A stretch of 63,135 nt of DNA, the filler included, from Basidioascus undulatus (lineage: Eukaryota): assembly GCA_000826855.1 (NCBI GenBank). It is 4 parts of 4 records of this genome, joined end to end, with 100 filler letters (N's around TTAATTAATTAA, not from the genome) between each part and the next. Parts side by side here need not be neighbours in the genome. Positions count along the whole stretch, not along the records: positions 1 to 30,576 come from JTLS01000109.1; positions 30,677 to 41,445 come from JTLS01001090.1; 2 more parts are not named here. One strand, given 5' to 3'. Below, piece after piece: positions 25,619-37,090 of this stretch; position 1 is the stretch's first letter, and each line of letters begins with the position of its first letter. The position numbers and the translations under genes were made by a program. The notes beneath the pieces were generated by a model. That model saw only the letters and a list, made by a program, of their open reading frames with translations, made no database searches and was not told the DNA's origin.

Positions 25619-26729
25619 GATAGACTTGTCCTCAATACCTGTGAATTCGCCGAAAGAGCGCACGAGCCGAAGTCAAGATTGAAAGGAGAGTGATCCATCG
25701 ACGTCGGTGAGTGGCATCGACCCGTCCGGTCACGTGTTTTTGACCGCGTGTTTACCGTGGATGGCGCTTCGTTGTTGTTGCCTTCCCAAGCCTTCTTTTT
25801 GCCATCCTTGGATCCAAATTATGCCTTCAAGTGGCATTTGCAACCTTTTGTTTCATTTCTTACCATCAGACAAAGCTTGCTCAAGTTACTCCGCAAGCTA
25901 TCAATACCGATCAAAAGGATCACTGCGCTAAGACCAGCGTTCCCCACGGTGTTTGCGAATTTGTCCAAGGTCCTTCCCGAGCCGACATTCCGATTACTGT
26001 GGGAGGCCTGTCGTCCACGCTGAGAAGAGAAGCCCGAAGTTGCTTGTTTAGTTTCGTATGTATCACTGAGTGTACGGTTGGTTTGTCGGTGCATAGTGCA
26101 CCGCATACTACTTCGTCTAAGAAAATTGACAGAAAGGCGTGCGGTGTCGTTTCTATCATCAGAGCCCGCATGCTATGGTAGTGCCATAGATCATAAGGAC
26201 TTTGCAACCTTGAAAATATTGCTTTCTGGCCTTTGTGGACTCAATCTCATCCTCTTCGCCTCTCGCACACTTCACATTGCATACGAATGGCTGAGGTCCT
26301 GTCTCCCTGTCGCATGTTCAAGGGCTTTCATGCCGGTTGTACAGATTTTTTGCTTATTCTAATACGTATTGCCTCTATTTTCTATCAAGCATCAAACAGA
26401 CGCCCAGTCGACCGAAGCATAGCAAGGCCTGCAACCACCCAACGCAACGTCCTCCTCACTCCTGCCAGCCGTGGAACTTTCGTGAATCTGCTGTGCTCAT
26501 CCGTGACACTTGTATCTTGCAAATTGAAGGTTTTTACCCATTCCTCAACGGTGTGCGTGTGCAATCCAGGGTTTTGTACTCGAGACAGTCGGTACTTTCG
26601 GGCCTTTCTTGTAGGCATACTTATTGCGTGCTTTACGCGCGATTAACATACTGGAAGTGCAGAAAGAGAACAATTGTGCTGGACAGAGTACCTCAGAGGA
26701 TACAGTAGTACTTAACAGGACAAACAAGA

Positions 26730-29092
26730 GATTCGACAGCGCGGCTATCAACGGCTACGCAAGGCTAGTACGAAGCCGACATTCGGCAGCTCGAACGCAG
26801 GAACTGGGCGAATTTTTCGGATACTGCAAGCCGTACTTCCTTAACCTATATAATTGTGGGACGATGCACAATAACCGGCGAAATTGTGGACTGCAAACTG
26901 CCGATCACAACTTGTCACAATCGAGAGTCGGCCATGTGAGACCGGCCAATTGCCTGGTTTCTGACGACAACGGCATCGCGACTTGAACATGTGATGGCTC
27001 AAATAACTGTCCTACGAGTTTGCCGCGCCAGAGCGCATGCGTGTCTGTTAATTGGGAAGTTTGAGCTGTGCACTTGCTGCAAGGTTCGAACATGCGGACC
27101 AGCCACGCAGGTTCCTTAGCTACCATTCCAGGAGGGGCACCCTGATGACCAATCCTTAAGAGTTACACAATTCTGTCGACCGTTGCTTGTAGGCTGTGAC
27201 AGCTGAGCATCGTCCGTTCTTAAAGACCTGACTGACGCTTCCACATTCGCACTCCTTTCACCCTTCCCGCACTAAAACTAAATCCTTTCTATCAATCAAG
27301 CCAGGACGGAAAGCGACTGGAAGGGCATTCGCACCGAAACGCACCACTGTTGGTGGTTGGATTCCGGTTAGTCCATTGTGGCATATTGTGTCGAGCCCGC
27401 CCTGACACTGCTGATTTGTGCTGGCATCTAATTAGACATGCGGGGCATGTGTTCTGTGAAGAGCGTCTGATGGGGCTCGCTTAGGGCTCCATTCTGTCCT
27501 CTGGATCTGTTTTGGTACGGCAACGCTGCACTTTGGCCGAAGAACGTTGCGTCTTCTCCGAGTAATGTGACTGATATACATCACGTTTTAGGGGCCCTGA
27601 CAATGAAAAGCTCTTGGGCCTGGCTGCCTGCACTGTACGATCCTCACTCCTCCCCGAGTTATGGTATTCACCGGGTTTCTGACCTCTTGTTAACACTGCA
27701 GTTTTCAATCTTTCTTCCCCTTCATTCCAGTGCTGGCATTTCTGTTCGCGCCTGAGTCACCTCGTACCTTTCTGTCTTTAGTAACCTGTTCAGTTTATTC
27801 ACTGACGTCGCCGTCGAAAAGGATACTTAATTCAAAAAGGCCGCAACGCCGAAGCCCTCAGCCTTCTCGCTAAGTACCATGCGAACGGAAACAAAGAGGA
27901 CGACCTTGTCCAGCAGGAGTATGTGGAGATTTGCGAAGCTCTCCATCAGGAGGATATCGCTGCTAAAATTTCCGTGTCCGAGTTCTTCCGCACCAAAGGC
28001 AACCGTTGGCACTTGTTCATCGCAATCATGTGTGGCGCTGGCGTCCAGCTGAATGGTGTCGGCATCATTAAGTGAGTATTGAAGTCTTTTCTTGCTGTGC
28101 AACACCTTTGTGCCGTTTTGTTGTCTCTTTCAGCTACTACCTCGCCCCCGTTCTGCACACAGTTGGTATCACAGACGCCAGGCAGACCACGGTGATCAAT
28201 TGTGGCCTGGCTATCTGGAACTGGATAGCCCCTGTCGGTGAGCTTCACAGAGCTTCCTCCCGCTGATGTATGTGGCTGAAGTTTTTCACAATGCAGGCGC
28301 TGCTGTCTTTGTCGATCGCGTTGGGCGTCGGCCTCTGTGGCTCATTTCGACCGCGGGTATGCTGGCGTGCTACTATGAAGGCTTTGCTTGATACTTGGTC
28401 TCAGCTCCAACTCTCCAAATATGAACCAAACTACCTTTCTCTAGGCGTCATAACCTGTTTAAGCACCCGCTTCGCTCAGACGGGAGACCACATTGCCGGG
28501 AATGCTACCACCGCTTTCCTGTTCCTCTACTACGGACTGTAAACGAGCAGATGCTGCTTTGCCTTCCGACCACTCGTACACACGCGGCACAGTTACGACA
28601 TCGCCTGGACGGACGCCGCTCGTGATCTCCTACTCTTCAGAAATCATGCCTTTTCCTCGTCGGTAAGTCAGCAGACTACTTTTCACCTTGTTATTGTGTT
28701 CGAGGAATCCTGGAATGACATTTCATGATGTACAGTCGTTTGGTTCGCTTTCCCGGAGACCAAGAACCTAGCGCTGGAAGAGAGTGCCTACACTCGTTCT
28801 TTGACCTATCGCAACAGATCCTGAACCCTACCATTGAACTAATAAAAATCTTGCAGTGATAATCGTCTTCGATGGACCAAACGCTACCATTGACCCGAAC
28901 ATGCTCTCTATTCCTGGATCGACAAGCACGACCGCGGCACCGATGCGGGCAAGGCCGAGATTGCGCACCGCGAGCATTTTCAGGTGTAGAGAGAAGGAGC
29001 CTGTTGTTTCAAGATCTTTCTTGGATTTAAAGCGAAGGGATGTATGTGGCCTCATCCTTTTACGAATAGGGACATGCATCGCCAACTTGTGA
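26730..29092 (+). pseudogene. MFS sugar porter, lactose permease/cellodextrin transporter-like, decayed
   Basis: Motifs AINGY, SSWAW-LPAL (Arg missing), GRNAEALSLLAKYHANG, SYYLAPVLHTVGI, FVDRVGRRPLWL, YDIAW, and FAFPETKNLALEE. A 4-bp duplication frameshifts YDIAW-TPL, and the TM11 region appears missing. Confidence 0.8.
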
Positions 29093-30576
29093 TGATCAAT
29101 GATCTCGTTGTCGATGATTCGTCTTCAATTACACGACGTCGTCCTCCTTCGCAACAACTGCATGAACTCCTGGCAATCATAAAAAAAGGCAGGTCATGAG
29201 CTACAGGTGAACCATAAAGCCTAATACCCTAGACATGCAGAGCGCGGAACCCAGTCTTCCGTCGCAGTTCTTGCGGAGCTGCTAGAAGCTGTTGGCGGTG
29301 CTGTCTATCTGAAGTTCTGTGGCGATACATATCCCCTCTATCGATATCTTGGAAAACTGTACGTTACAAAAAGGCTATGTCAAGCAAGGGAAGACACTCG
29401 GCCTGACTTGACTGCTGTGCCTGGTGATGCCGGCGAAACTGAGCCTCGTGAGGTTCGGCGGCTTGAAGAATAGCAGAACTTAACACAGGCTCCTGAAAGT
29501 GTCAGGAATTCAGTATAGAATGAAGCCCAAAGTGATCCCCTGAATTTGCGAGACGAGCTCGCGGGCGGACGGCCAAGGAAGCAGCAGCGGCTCAATCCAA
29601 CGTTCGCAATGAGCTCATCATTTTAAGATGAACTCGCCAAAAAGAGAGGACGTTTCAAAGGCAACTAAGAGGAAGATTCCTGTAGGTTTTCATCCGTAGT
29701 CGTGACTTGTCACCCAGCAAGTCCAGCTGCGCCTCCGCCGTCTTCGTCCTTCTTCACTCGCCCCTGCCAAGAAGCATTCTTCCCAGTGTTCCAAACTCAC
29801 ATCGCCCTCACTCGGCGTCTTAAAATGTGCGAATAATTCACTCAAGATCAAGCAAAAAATCCACAACCTCCTGAGAGAGCAACAAGATGTCCCCCTTCCT
29901 ATCCGCGTCCGGACGCACCTCCATTACCCGTTAACGATCTCAACTTGCGCGCAAGCGAAAGACGTACGTGTTCCGCCCCACGCCGTCCGGGCCTTTCGTC
30001 CAAGTCCCGTTCAGGATCTCGGCGGGGAAGCCCAGCTCCAAAGCGGAGTCGTCGCTGCGCGCGTGGCTCATCAGCTGCTTTGAGGGTTCAAGAAGATCCA
30101 AGGAAGGGAGACATACAAGACTCCCACCCACTCTCCAGAAGGTACCTGTACGTAGTGTCGGCTCAGCAACGCGAGGATGAGGTCCACGTCGAGGATCGTC
30201 CCCTCCCTGCATGTGAAGGGTTCGTTGTGAGCTGACTGTCCGACAAACAGAACGGCGAAGGAAGATGCTGCGTTACGCACGGATTGCAGAAGCGCGGACA
30301 CCCTGCGGGAATACCGTTGAGGAGCGAGAGGAGGGTTTCGATGGGGACGAGGGAGCCGGCGCTGTTGAGCTTCAAGTCAGCACTTGGCTTAGCCAACCAA
30401 ATCAGCCTCGACAGGGACAGGAACGCAGCGTACGGGTCCCTGCATAGCTCCAGCTCAGGCAAATAGACGTATCGCCCATTCACAATGCCCGCAAAGATCT
30501 CGGGATCCAGGACGTTTCCTTTTCTGTTCACCTTACCCCCCGCGTCAGCCACTCGCACTCATTACCCACTCGAAGG

Positions 30577-30676
30577 NNNNNNNNNNNNNNNNNNNNNNNN
30601 NNNNNNNNNNNNNNNNNNNNTTAATTAATTAANNNNNNNNNNNNNNNNNNNNNNNNNNNNNNNNNNNNNNNNNNNN
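30577..30676. other. Assembly gap linker (N44-TTAATTAATTAA-N44)
   Basis: An identical 100-nt construct occurs three times, and the 12-mer gives stops in all six frames. Confidence 0.97.
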
Positions 30677-33345
30677 CTCCCCCAGTCATCGTAGATCATG
30701 CTCAGTCTACGCATACGACCCTCCCAACCCTGGGTCTAGCGGCCGGCCGTCAATCGTCGTTGCGGAGGCGTGACCTCTGTTTTCGGGTTCAGGGCGGGGC
30801 TGGAACCCGGTGTGGAAGAGAATGGGGTTTTCATAGGGGCCAAAAAGGATTAGAAGGAGGGGGAATCGAGGAAAAGGGAAGGTGGGGCGGTGAAGAAGGA
30901 GGTGCTGGGGCAGTGGGGTGAAGGGAAGGAGGTGTGACGGAGGACTGAGGACTTTGTTTTGGATGTATGGCGAGGAAATAATGATATACGTGCATTAAAG
31001 AGTTGGGCATGTGTGCTGGATTTTGGTAAAGCCATGCCAATTACGTCCCACAAGCATCCGGATTGTCGCCATGGGGCCCGTATCCTCTCCCCGCTGTGTT
31101 GTCCCTCACCCCTAGTATATCTCCGCACGTGTATACTTGCGAAGAGCATCTATGTAACGGCTTGACAACTATCCTCCTCCCGGGGGGTGAAAGCTCCACC
31201 GAAAGTAGCTCGTGCGTCCAGGCGCTCGGCATCTTTGGGCTTCCTCGCTCAGATCTCTTCGCTGATGAGCTTGCTAGCCCCCTTCTAACCATTCACCAAA
31301 TGATTTCGTGTCCCTTTCTCGTTTCTCGGGGGCTCCCATTCGTTCATGCACCGTCGCCGGTCACCGTCCTTCCGCTTAGGTATGTACACCGCTTCCACCC
31401 CCCCGCTCCTCGCTCTCCCCGTCCCTCACCTTGGCTCCAACTGTTGTGATTGTAGATATATTGTGGAAGAGCTTATAAATTTTTTCGGCCCACCGCTTTG
31501 TTGTGACACTGCTCGTGATGCACTGCTCTTGCTAGGACCCCTGCCTGCAGCCGCCTGCGCTCCTCCAGCCACCTGTTTACGCATGGCCGCCCGGAAGACA
31601 GTATGCTAACGATTTAGATTGATGATTGCTCTTACTAAAACGTCTTGTGACACTCTGACCAACACCAGATCGCACAGGGATCCTGCGTAGGCCGGAACCC
31701 GGCTTCTGGGTGTGCCATGAAATGTTTGGGGTTCCGCAGGGTTTCCTCGGCATGAGTGTGATTTTAAAGTCTTTGAATAATACAAGCAAATGCTTATCCA
31801 TCTGTGCATTCAAGCCGCCGGCGTGGGTTCAATGCAGCACCGCCCCTGGTCTGTGTCCTGCTGGGCAGTTGCTCATTCCATTACTGCATTGGTGGGTTTG
31901 ACGAGGAAAGTCGGCATTTTTATAGTCTCAAATTATACATACCTGATTAATGAACGGCCCAGACTCCCAGACTCTGGTATCTGCCTACGGCACTGTTGGC
32001 GTGCGAGCAGAACAGCATTGCAGCTGAAATGGGTGGAATGGCGTATTGCCATGTAGGATTCAAATGCGGATACTACTGGGTTTACTAGCCTTGAATACAC
32101 TCAATAGTATGTTAGACTCAGCTGTACTGAGTGAACGCCCTCTGGCCACCCCTAATCTGGTGAATCGCCCACTCACGACAATGAACTGTAGCCGCATGGC
32201 TACTTCAACATGTACCAGCCCATCAACTGAGCACAAGCGAACATTTTGCAAGTGCTTGACATAATACTTTACAATATAGGCAGTGCGGCCTAGTTTGGAG
32301 ACCTATCAAAGGTACTCATGCAGCAGACGGCAAGAAAATGAACAACTCGCACACAGAGAAGTGCATGCAATGCAGCTGTGCACGGAAGTCAGATGAGACT
32401 GGCCTTCTGCTATATTATTCCACACATCTTCAAGATTGACCTTCAAGCAGTAAATATGGTCACTCTTCAACCCCACCTGCGCAATATCCAAAAAGGCGGG
32501 GTTTCAGAGGAATTGCCGTATCAGCTGAAAACTGGGCTGAGCAACCACTTGATGCTTGAGAAATGTACACAATATATGTTTTATCTGTAAAGGGTTTTAA
32601 TTCGAAGTCGTCATTAGAGCTTCTTCTTTGCAATGTGCACTGGGGAAGTCACACGCTACGGGTACCTCGAACAATTTGAATCTCGACAAGGACGCCTTTT
32701 TGAGGGGCAAGCGCAGGCCCATCACCACCATCTACACACCAGTAGCTCTTATAAGGCCACTATTTACCTTGGTAAAGCGACACTCCCACTGCTTTGAGCG
32801 TTGGGTGTCCTATTCGAGCATCATCGAAACCGGCACCTAGTGATGTGTTCTGCAGGGGGACTGCCATGGAAGAGAGGGGTAGCAAAGTACCATGAGGGTA
32901 GACCTTAAAACTATATCAATCAGTTCTCAACATTACAACAGGATCGATTGGATTCTGACCCAGTAATAAAGGGCCGAGTAGATTCACGGCAGCTGGATCC
33001 GTGGTGGAAGCCATTGTATTGCAATTACAGACAAGCGCAGTAAGCTGGCTGCATATAAGGATTCTTAGAATAAAGGTAGAGAGATTCGATGAGAGGTGTG
33101 CTGTTTTGTGGCAAGCAGGAGCCAGTGGATGGCGAGCAAAAGCCTGCCAACGATGAGCGCGAGCAGCCCAACGGCGAGCACGACGCGCCGAACGATGCCG
33201 GCACTAGGCCCGTTATTGTCTGAAGGATGGTCCGAAAGCCGAAGGTTCACGCTCCTCAGCCGCCGTACAAGCGCGCAAACACCCCCCACATTCTTCACGC
33301 AGCTTTCTGCGTTTGTTGTTGCCCAAGCTGTATGAACGCGATCAA

Positions 33346-34554
33346 TCAAAAGCTGTCGTTGCGTACGACAACTTTCAACTGAATACTGCCCCCCGTCAGC
33401 CAAGCAGCACAGCGACTGCAAGCGTCGTAACATACCTTAGAAACGTCGGGGCCCGGACGTGCCACCTTTCCGTCATAGTCGATTAACAGCTCTTTGAGCT
33501 TTGGCGGCACCAGCTGCCCCAAGGAAGTGAAGAAGTCTGCCGAAATCGTGTCACGCTCCCATAAACAGAGTCCGAGAGAATGTAAGTTCCAAATGAGGAC
33601 GTCAAGTCCGCTGAGAACAAAAAGAAGGGACATTTCGTTTCGAGAACAGATACGAAGGCCTTTGAGTGGTAACGAGGGCGCAGCAGGGGTGGATGATTGG
33701 TAATAGACCACAGAGTCATGTTAGACATGTCGACGAGGACTACTAATTCGGACTTGACGTATTTAGTGACGGCAGCAACGAATCGATAGAGAGCAGTAAG
33801 CTTAGGACCTGATGGCACCGCGACAGGAATAGAGAAGCGAACGACGCTGGTGCACCCACAGGTTAGTCTCGTTGAATATGTAACGATTTCCGGAAGAGAC
33901 GTGGAGCAGGACATACGGCACATGTGGCCACTCCTCACCCTGTGGCAATGGGACTTGTCGCAGATATCGGCGCAGAGGGACCTCAGAAGAGGTTTAGCGA
34001 TCGACTTCAGCACACAGCTGGCGAGAGAGAGTTCAAGCAGTGTGCGGCAGAGAATGCAACAGTCCTTGAAGTCGCCAGCACGGTCGAACATGGGATCGAA
34101 GAGAGCGCAGTACTCGTTGTGAACTTCGCCGACAATGAGACGAAGGACATCCTCGTCGAGGGAGAGCGCGGTACGCTAGATGGAGGACATTCTTTGACAC
34201 CGAATGAGGAGGAATGAGGAGAAGCTGCCCTATCTTCCTCCACGCGGCTGCTACCGCAGAGTCGTCTACCTTAGGGAAGTTGGAGGACCTCAACGAGTAG
34301 CCGTCGCAAGCAAGGATGAGCCTGCAAAGCTCGCCTGGGGTCATCCCCGGAGGCAGTAGTGCCCTTGCATGCCACTTCGCTGCTACGATACTGTCGAAGG
34401 CCGCCACGTCGCTACTCGAGTTCACCAGCTCGAGGATCGAGGGATCGTACGTGACTACCACCGACTTGCCGGTTCCTGCTGTGAGGCGCGACCCTAATGG
34501 AATGAGCGCGACGTCCGGGTGTGCCCACGCTTCGAGTTTCCCAAGTGCATCCAT
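33346..34554 (-). pseudogene. F-box-like protein family 2, copy A (frameshifted)
   Basis: EDVLRLIVGEVHNEYCALFDPMF...LLELSLASCVLKSIAKPLL, then ALYRFVAAVT and GLRICSRNE...WNLHSLGL...PKLKELLI. The segments lie in different frames. Confidence 0.6.
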
Positions 34555-35649
34555 GCCCGCACAACCCCTCAGTTGTGGAGGACGATGATTGGTTGTTCGA
34601 GGTCAAGCCGTAGTTCGACAGTCTACGGGCACAAGACGTGCGTCAAGGCGAAGCGCAATACGTGTAACACTTTGGGGTTACCCTGAGTTCCACAATTTTC
34701 CTGAAGCAATAAACCTATAGTACATACTTTTCGCCATGAAGAAGAACGGGTTTGCACTACGATTGCGCAAAACTTCAACTGACCTTGGCTGACACTGCTG
34801 GCAAACGCCCGAAGTGCCATCCACAGCAATTTTGTGCAGAGACATCTAGGCGTATCATAATCTGTCCAGAGCGCCCAGACATTAAACAGGTGGTTATTTG
34901 CGACTTTCATGAGCAATCTCTGCCTCAGCACCGCAGCATTACATGGTGCAAGGCCAGCTTGATAGCGCTGTCCCCGCCTGCACGTTCTGTACCTATCCTT
35001 GGGGCACACAGACAAATATAAATGTTAACACACAGTTTGCAACACACTCTGCCCCGATGCAGTTTAGTCAAGCGGTCAAGCTCCCACGAAACGAGAAAGT
35101 CGTCCTGTTTCACTGCCAGCGCGACTCTTGGTGGTAGCTGTACACAAGGACCTCCAGGTAGGATTAATGTGCATACATCTTCTCTCGACCTGACATCACT
35201 TTGATTCTTCGGACTAATTGACTATCGAAACTTTGCATCGCGAACGGATGCATTCCATGCGACGCAAAGGGAGTCTCGCAACACGCAACAGAGCAATACA
35301 CATATGCGTAATTCAGAAATTAGGATTTGGGAGACACGTACTACCGGTATAAGCCCGCACCACCAAACCGAAGCGTGTTCGTTCTCATCGCGAGTTTTGA
35401 CATCTCCTCCCCATAAACAGCGGAACGGCTCGTCCCAAACTCTCTGTACGTCCACCTAACCTCCCGAGGCATCGCAAATCCCTGCATGTGTACACGCATG
35501 TCCTGCCAGAGCATAGCGGGAATACGGCTAGCTTAGTAGCCGAACTGCCGGTCCATCGGTGTAGACAGTTGAGTCAAGTCTGGGAAAAGCTCTGTCGAGA
35601 CGTTGCGGAATGTTTCGACCATGTGAAGGGGGGCGGGCAAGGAAAGGCT

Positions 35650-37090
35650 ATCGACATGCGCCTGCAGCGATGATACGCAGATGAGTTTCCGGTCGGCAAG
35701 ACAAATGGGCCGGGCAAAGGGTTGGTCTCCTTACGAAGCATTGGAGAGCCGTCTTCTGCAAACTCTGGAAAATAATGCCGCTTAGAGCTGTCCTACAATC
35801 GAAGCCCGAGCGAACGGAGGTCCCACTGGGCGACTTCATGGCCGTGAAGGATAGCGGGCAGCTTCTTGTCGTTTCGAGAACGGATACGAAGACCTCCCGG
35901 TGTTGACACCAGGACGAGCTCGGGATTTACCCTTTGGGTGACGGCGGAGACGAATCGATAAAAATCAGTCAGATTGAAAGGTGATGCGACAGCAGGAGCG
36001 AAGCGGATGACCCTGGAAAACCGCAGGAATCAGTGCCCTCTGGAACGTGAACACTACAATGTAGATTGCCACGCCTCACTGCGCGGCGCAAAAATAAGCT
36101 GCAGGATGTCTTGCGGGAAGCAGAGGCGGCGCATAGGGCGAGCCCAGCGGCGAGCGGGAAGGGCAGCCGGTTTGTGGCGATTGAGCTGGACGCGAGCGAC
36201 AGGAAGGCGGTGGCCGAGCTGTGGGAGAAGATCCCGCAGGAACTCAGGGACGTGGACACCCTGTGTGAGTCGGGGACTTCCATTTCGATTGATCTCTGAG
36301 GTTTGTCTGAGAAGAATGACTGAAAATGATGTGCTGGGCTGTTGGCAGTCAGCAATGCGGGGCTCGTCAAGGGCGTCGAGCAAGTGAGCGACATCTCGCC
36401 TGTCATCTCGCCTGTGCGTGTTCCTCCCTTCTGCTTCCTTTCCCTTTCCTTCCTGTCGGTAACATTGTCCGACATTCCTAATGAAACCTCAACACAGGAC
36501 GACATCGACGTCATGTTCCAGACGAACGTGATCGGGCTCATCCACCTCACGCAGCTTGTCGTGGGGCGTGCGTTTCCTCTCATTCTCTCATCCTCCCCTC
36601 CTCTCACCCTCTCACCCCACACTTCAACGAATTCTAACCATAACACCGGACAATAACCCCGTTTCAAGCAGCGCAACGCTGGGCACGTCGTCGGGCTCGG
36701 GTCGATCGCAGGCTTGGAGGCCTACCCGACCGGGTCGATGCATTTCCCTCCCCTCTTCTCCCTCACTTTCCCTCCGCCTCATTCCTAAGACTCTCGGGAT
36801 GCCCACTAGCTACTGCGCGACCTAACACGCTGTCCGCGCATGTACACCGCCCACTTTGTATCCTGCGTCAAGACGGCATCTCCCACGGGGATCTCGGCGC
36901 AGAACGAGCTCAGAAGAGGTTGTTCGATCGAGTTCAGGGCACGGTTGACCAACGAGAGGTCGAGGAGATTGTTACGAAGAATTGTAAAACCCTCGAAGTC
37001 GTCGGGGTGATTCAGCAGGGGATCGAAGAGCGCGCAGTACTCGCTGTGGATTTCGCGGACGATGAGACGAAGGACATCGTGGTTTAGAGC
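35650..37090 (-). pseudogene. F-box-like protein family 2, copy B, interrupted by an SDR fragment
   Basis: 37090-36841 reads HDVLRLIVREIHSEYCALFDPLL...LLDLSLVNRALNSIEQPLL. Homology resumes below ~36015 as VIRF..DFYRFVSAVT..GLRIRSRND..WDLRSLGL*, collinear with copy A. Confidence 0.7.
36076..36840 (+). pseudogene. Short-chain dehydrogenase (YdfG/YMR226C-like) internal fragment with introns
   Basis: LTARR..KL, ELDASDR, DVDTL|VSNAGLVKG, IDVMFQTNVIGLIHLTQ, RNAGHVVGLGSIAG and YCAT*HAVRA, where the catalytic Lys codon is TAA (36823-36825). It lacks the TGxxxGIG N-terminus and the C-terminus. Confidence 0.85.

Noticed and set aside
29940..30576. Protein-like minus-strand ORF pieces at the contig end
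   Set aside because: They are frameshifted, truncated by the gap and have no recognisable motif, so I cannot assign them.
30621..30632. TTAATTAATTAA palindrome repeated three times (also 41490, 52338)
   Set aside because: It is always centred in N44 flanks, so it is an artificial six-frame-stop scaffold linker. Adjacency across these gaps is also unproven.
30677..33060. Lower-GC, stop-riddled region that might be a RIP-like decayed transposon
   Set aside because: I found no recognisable RT, integrase or transposase motif and no terminal repeats by eye.
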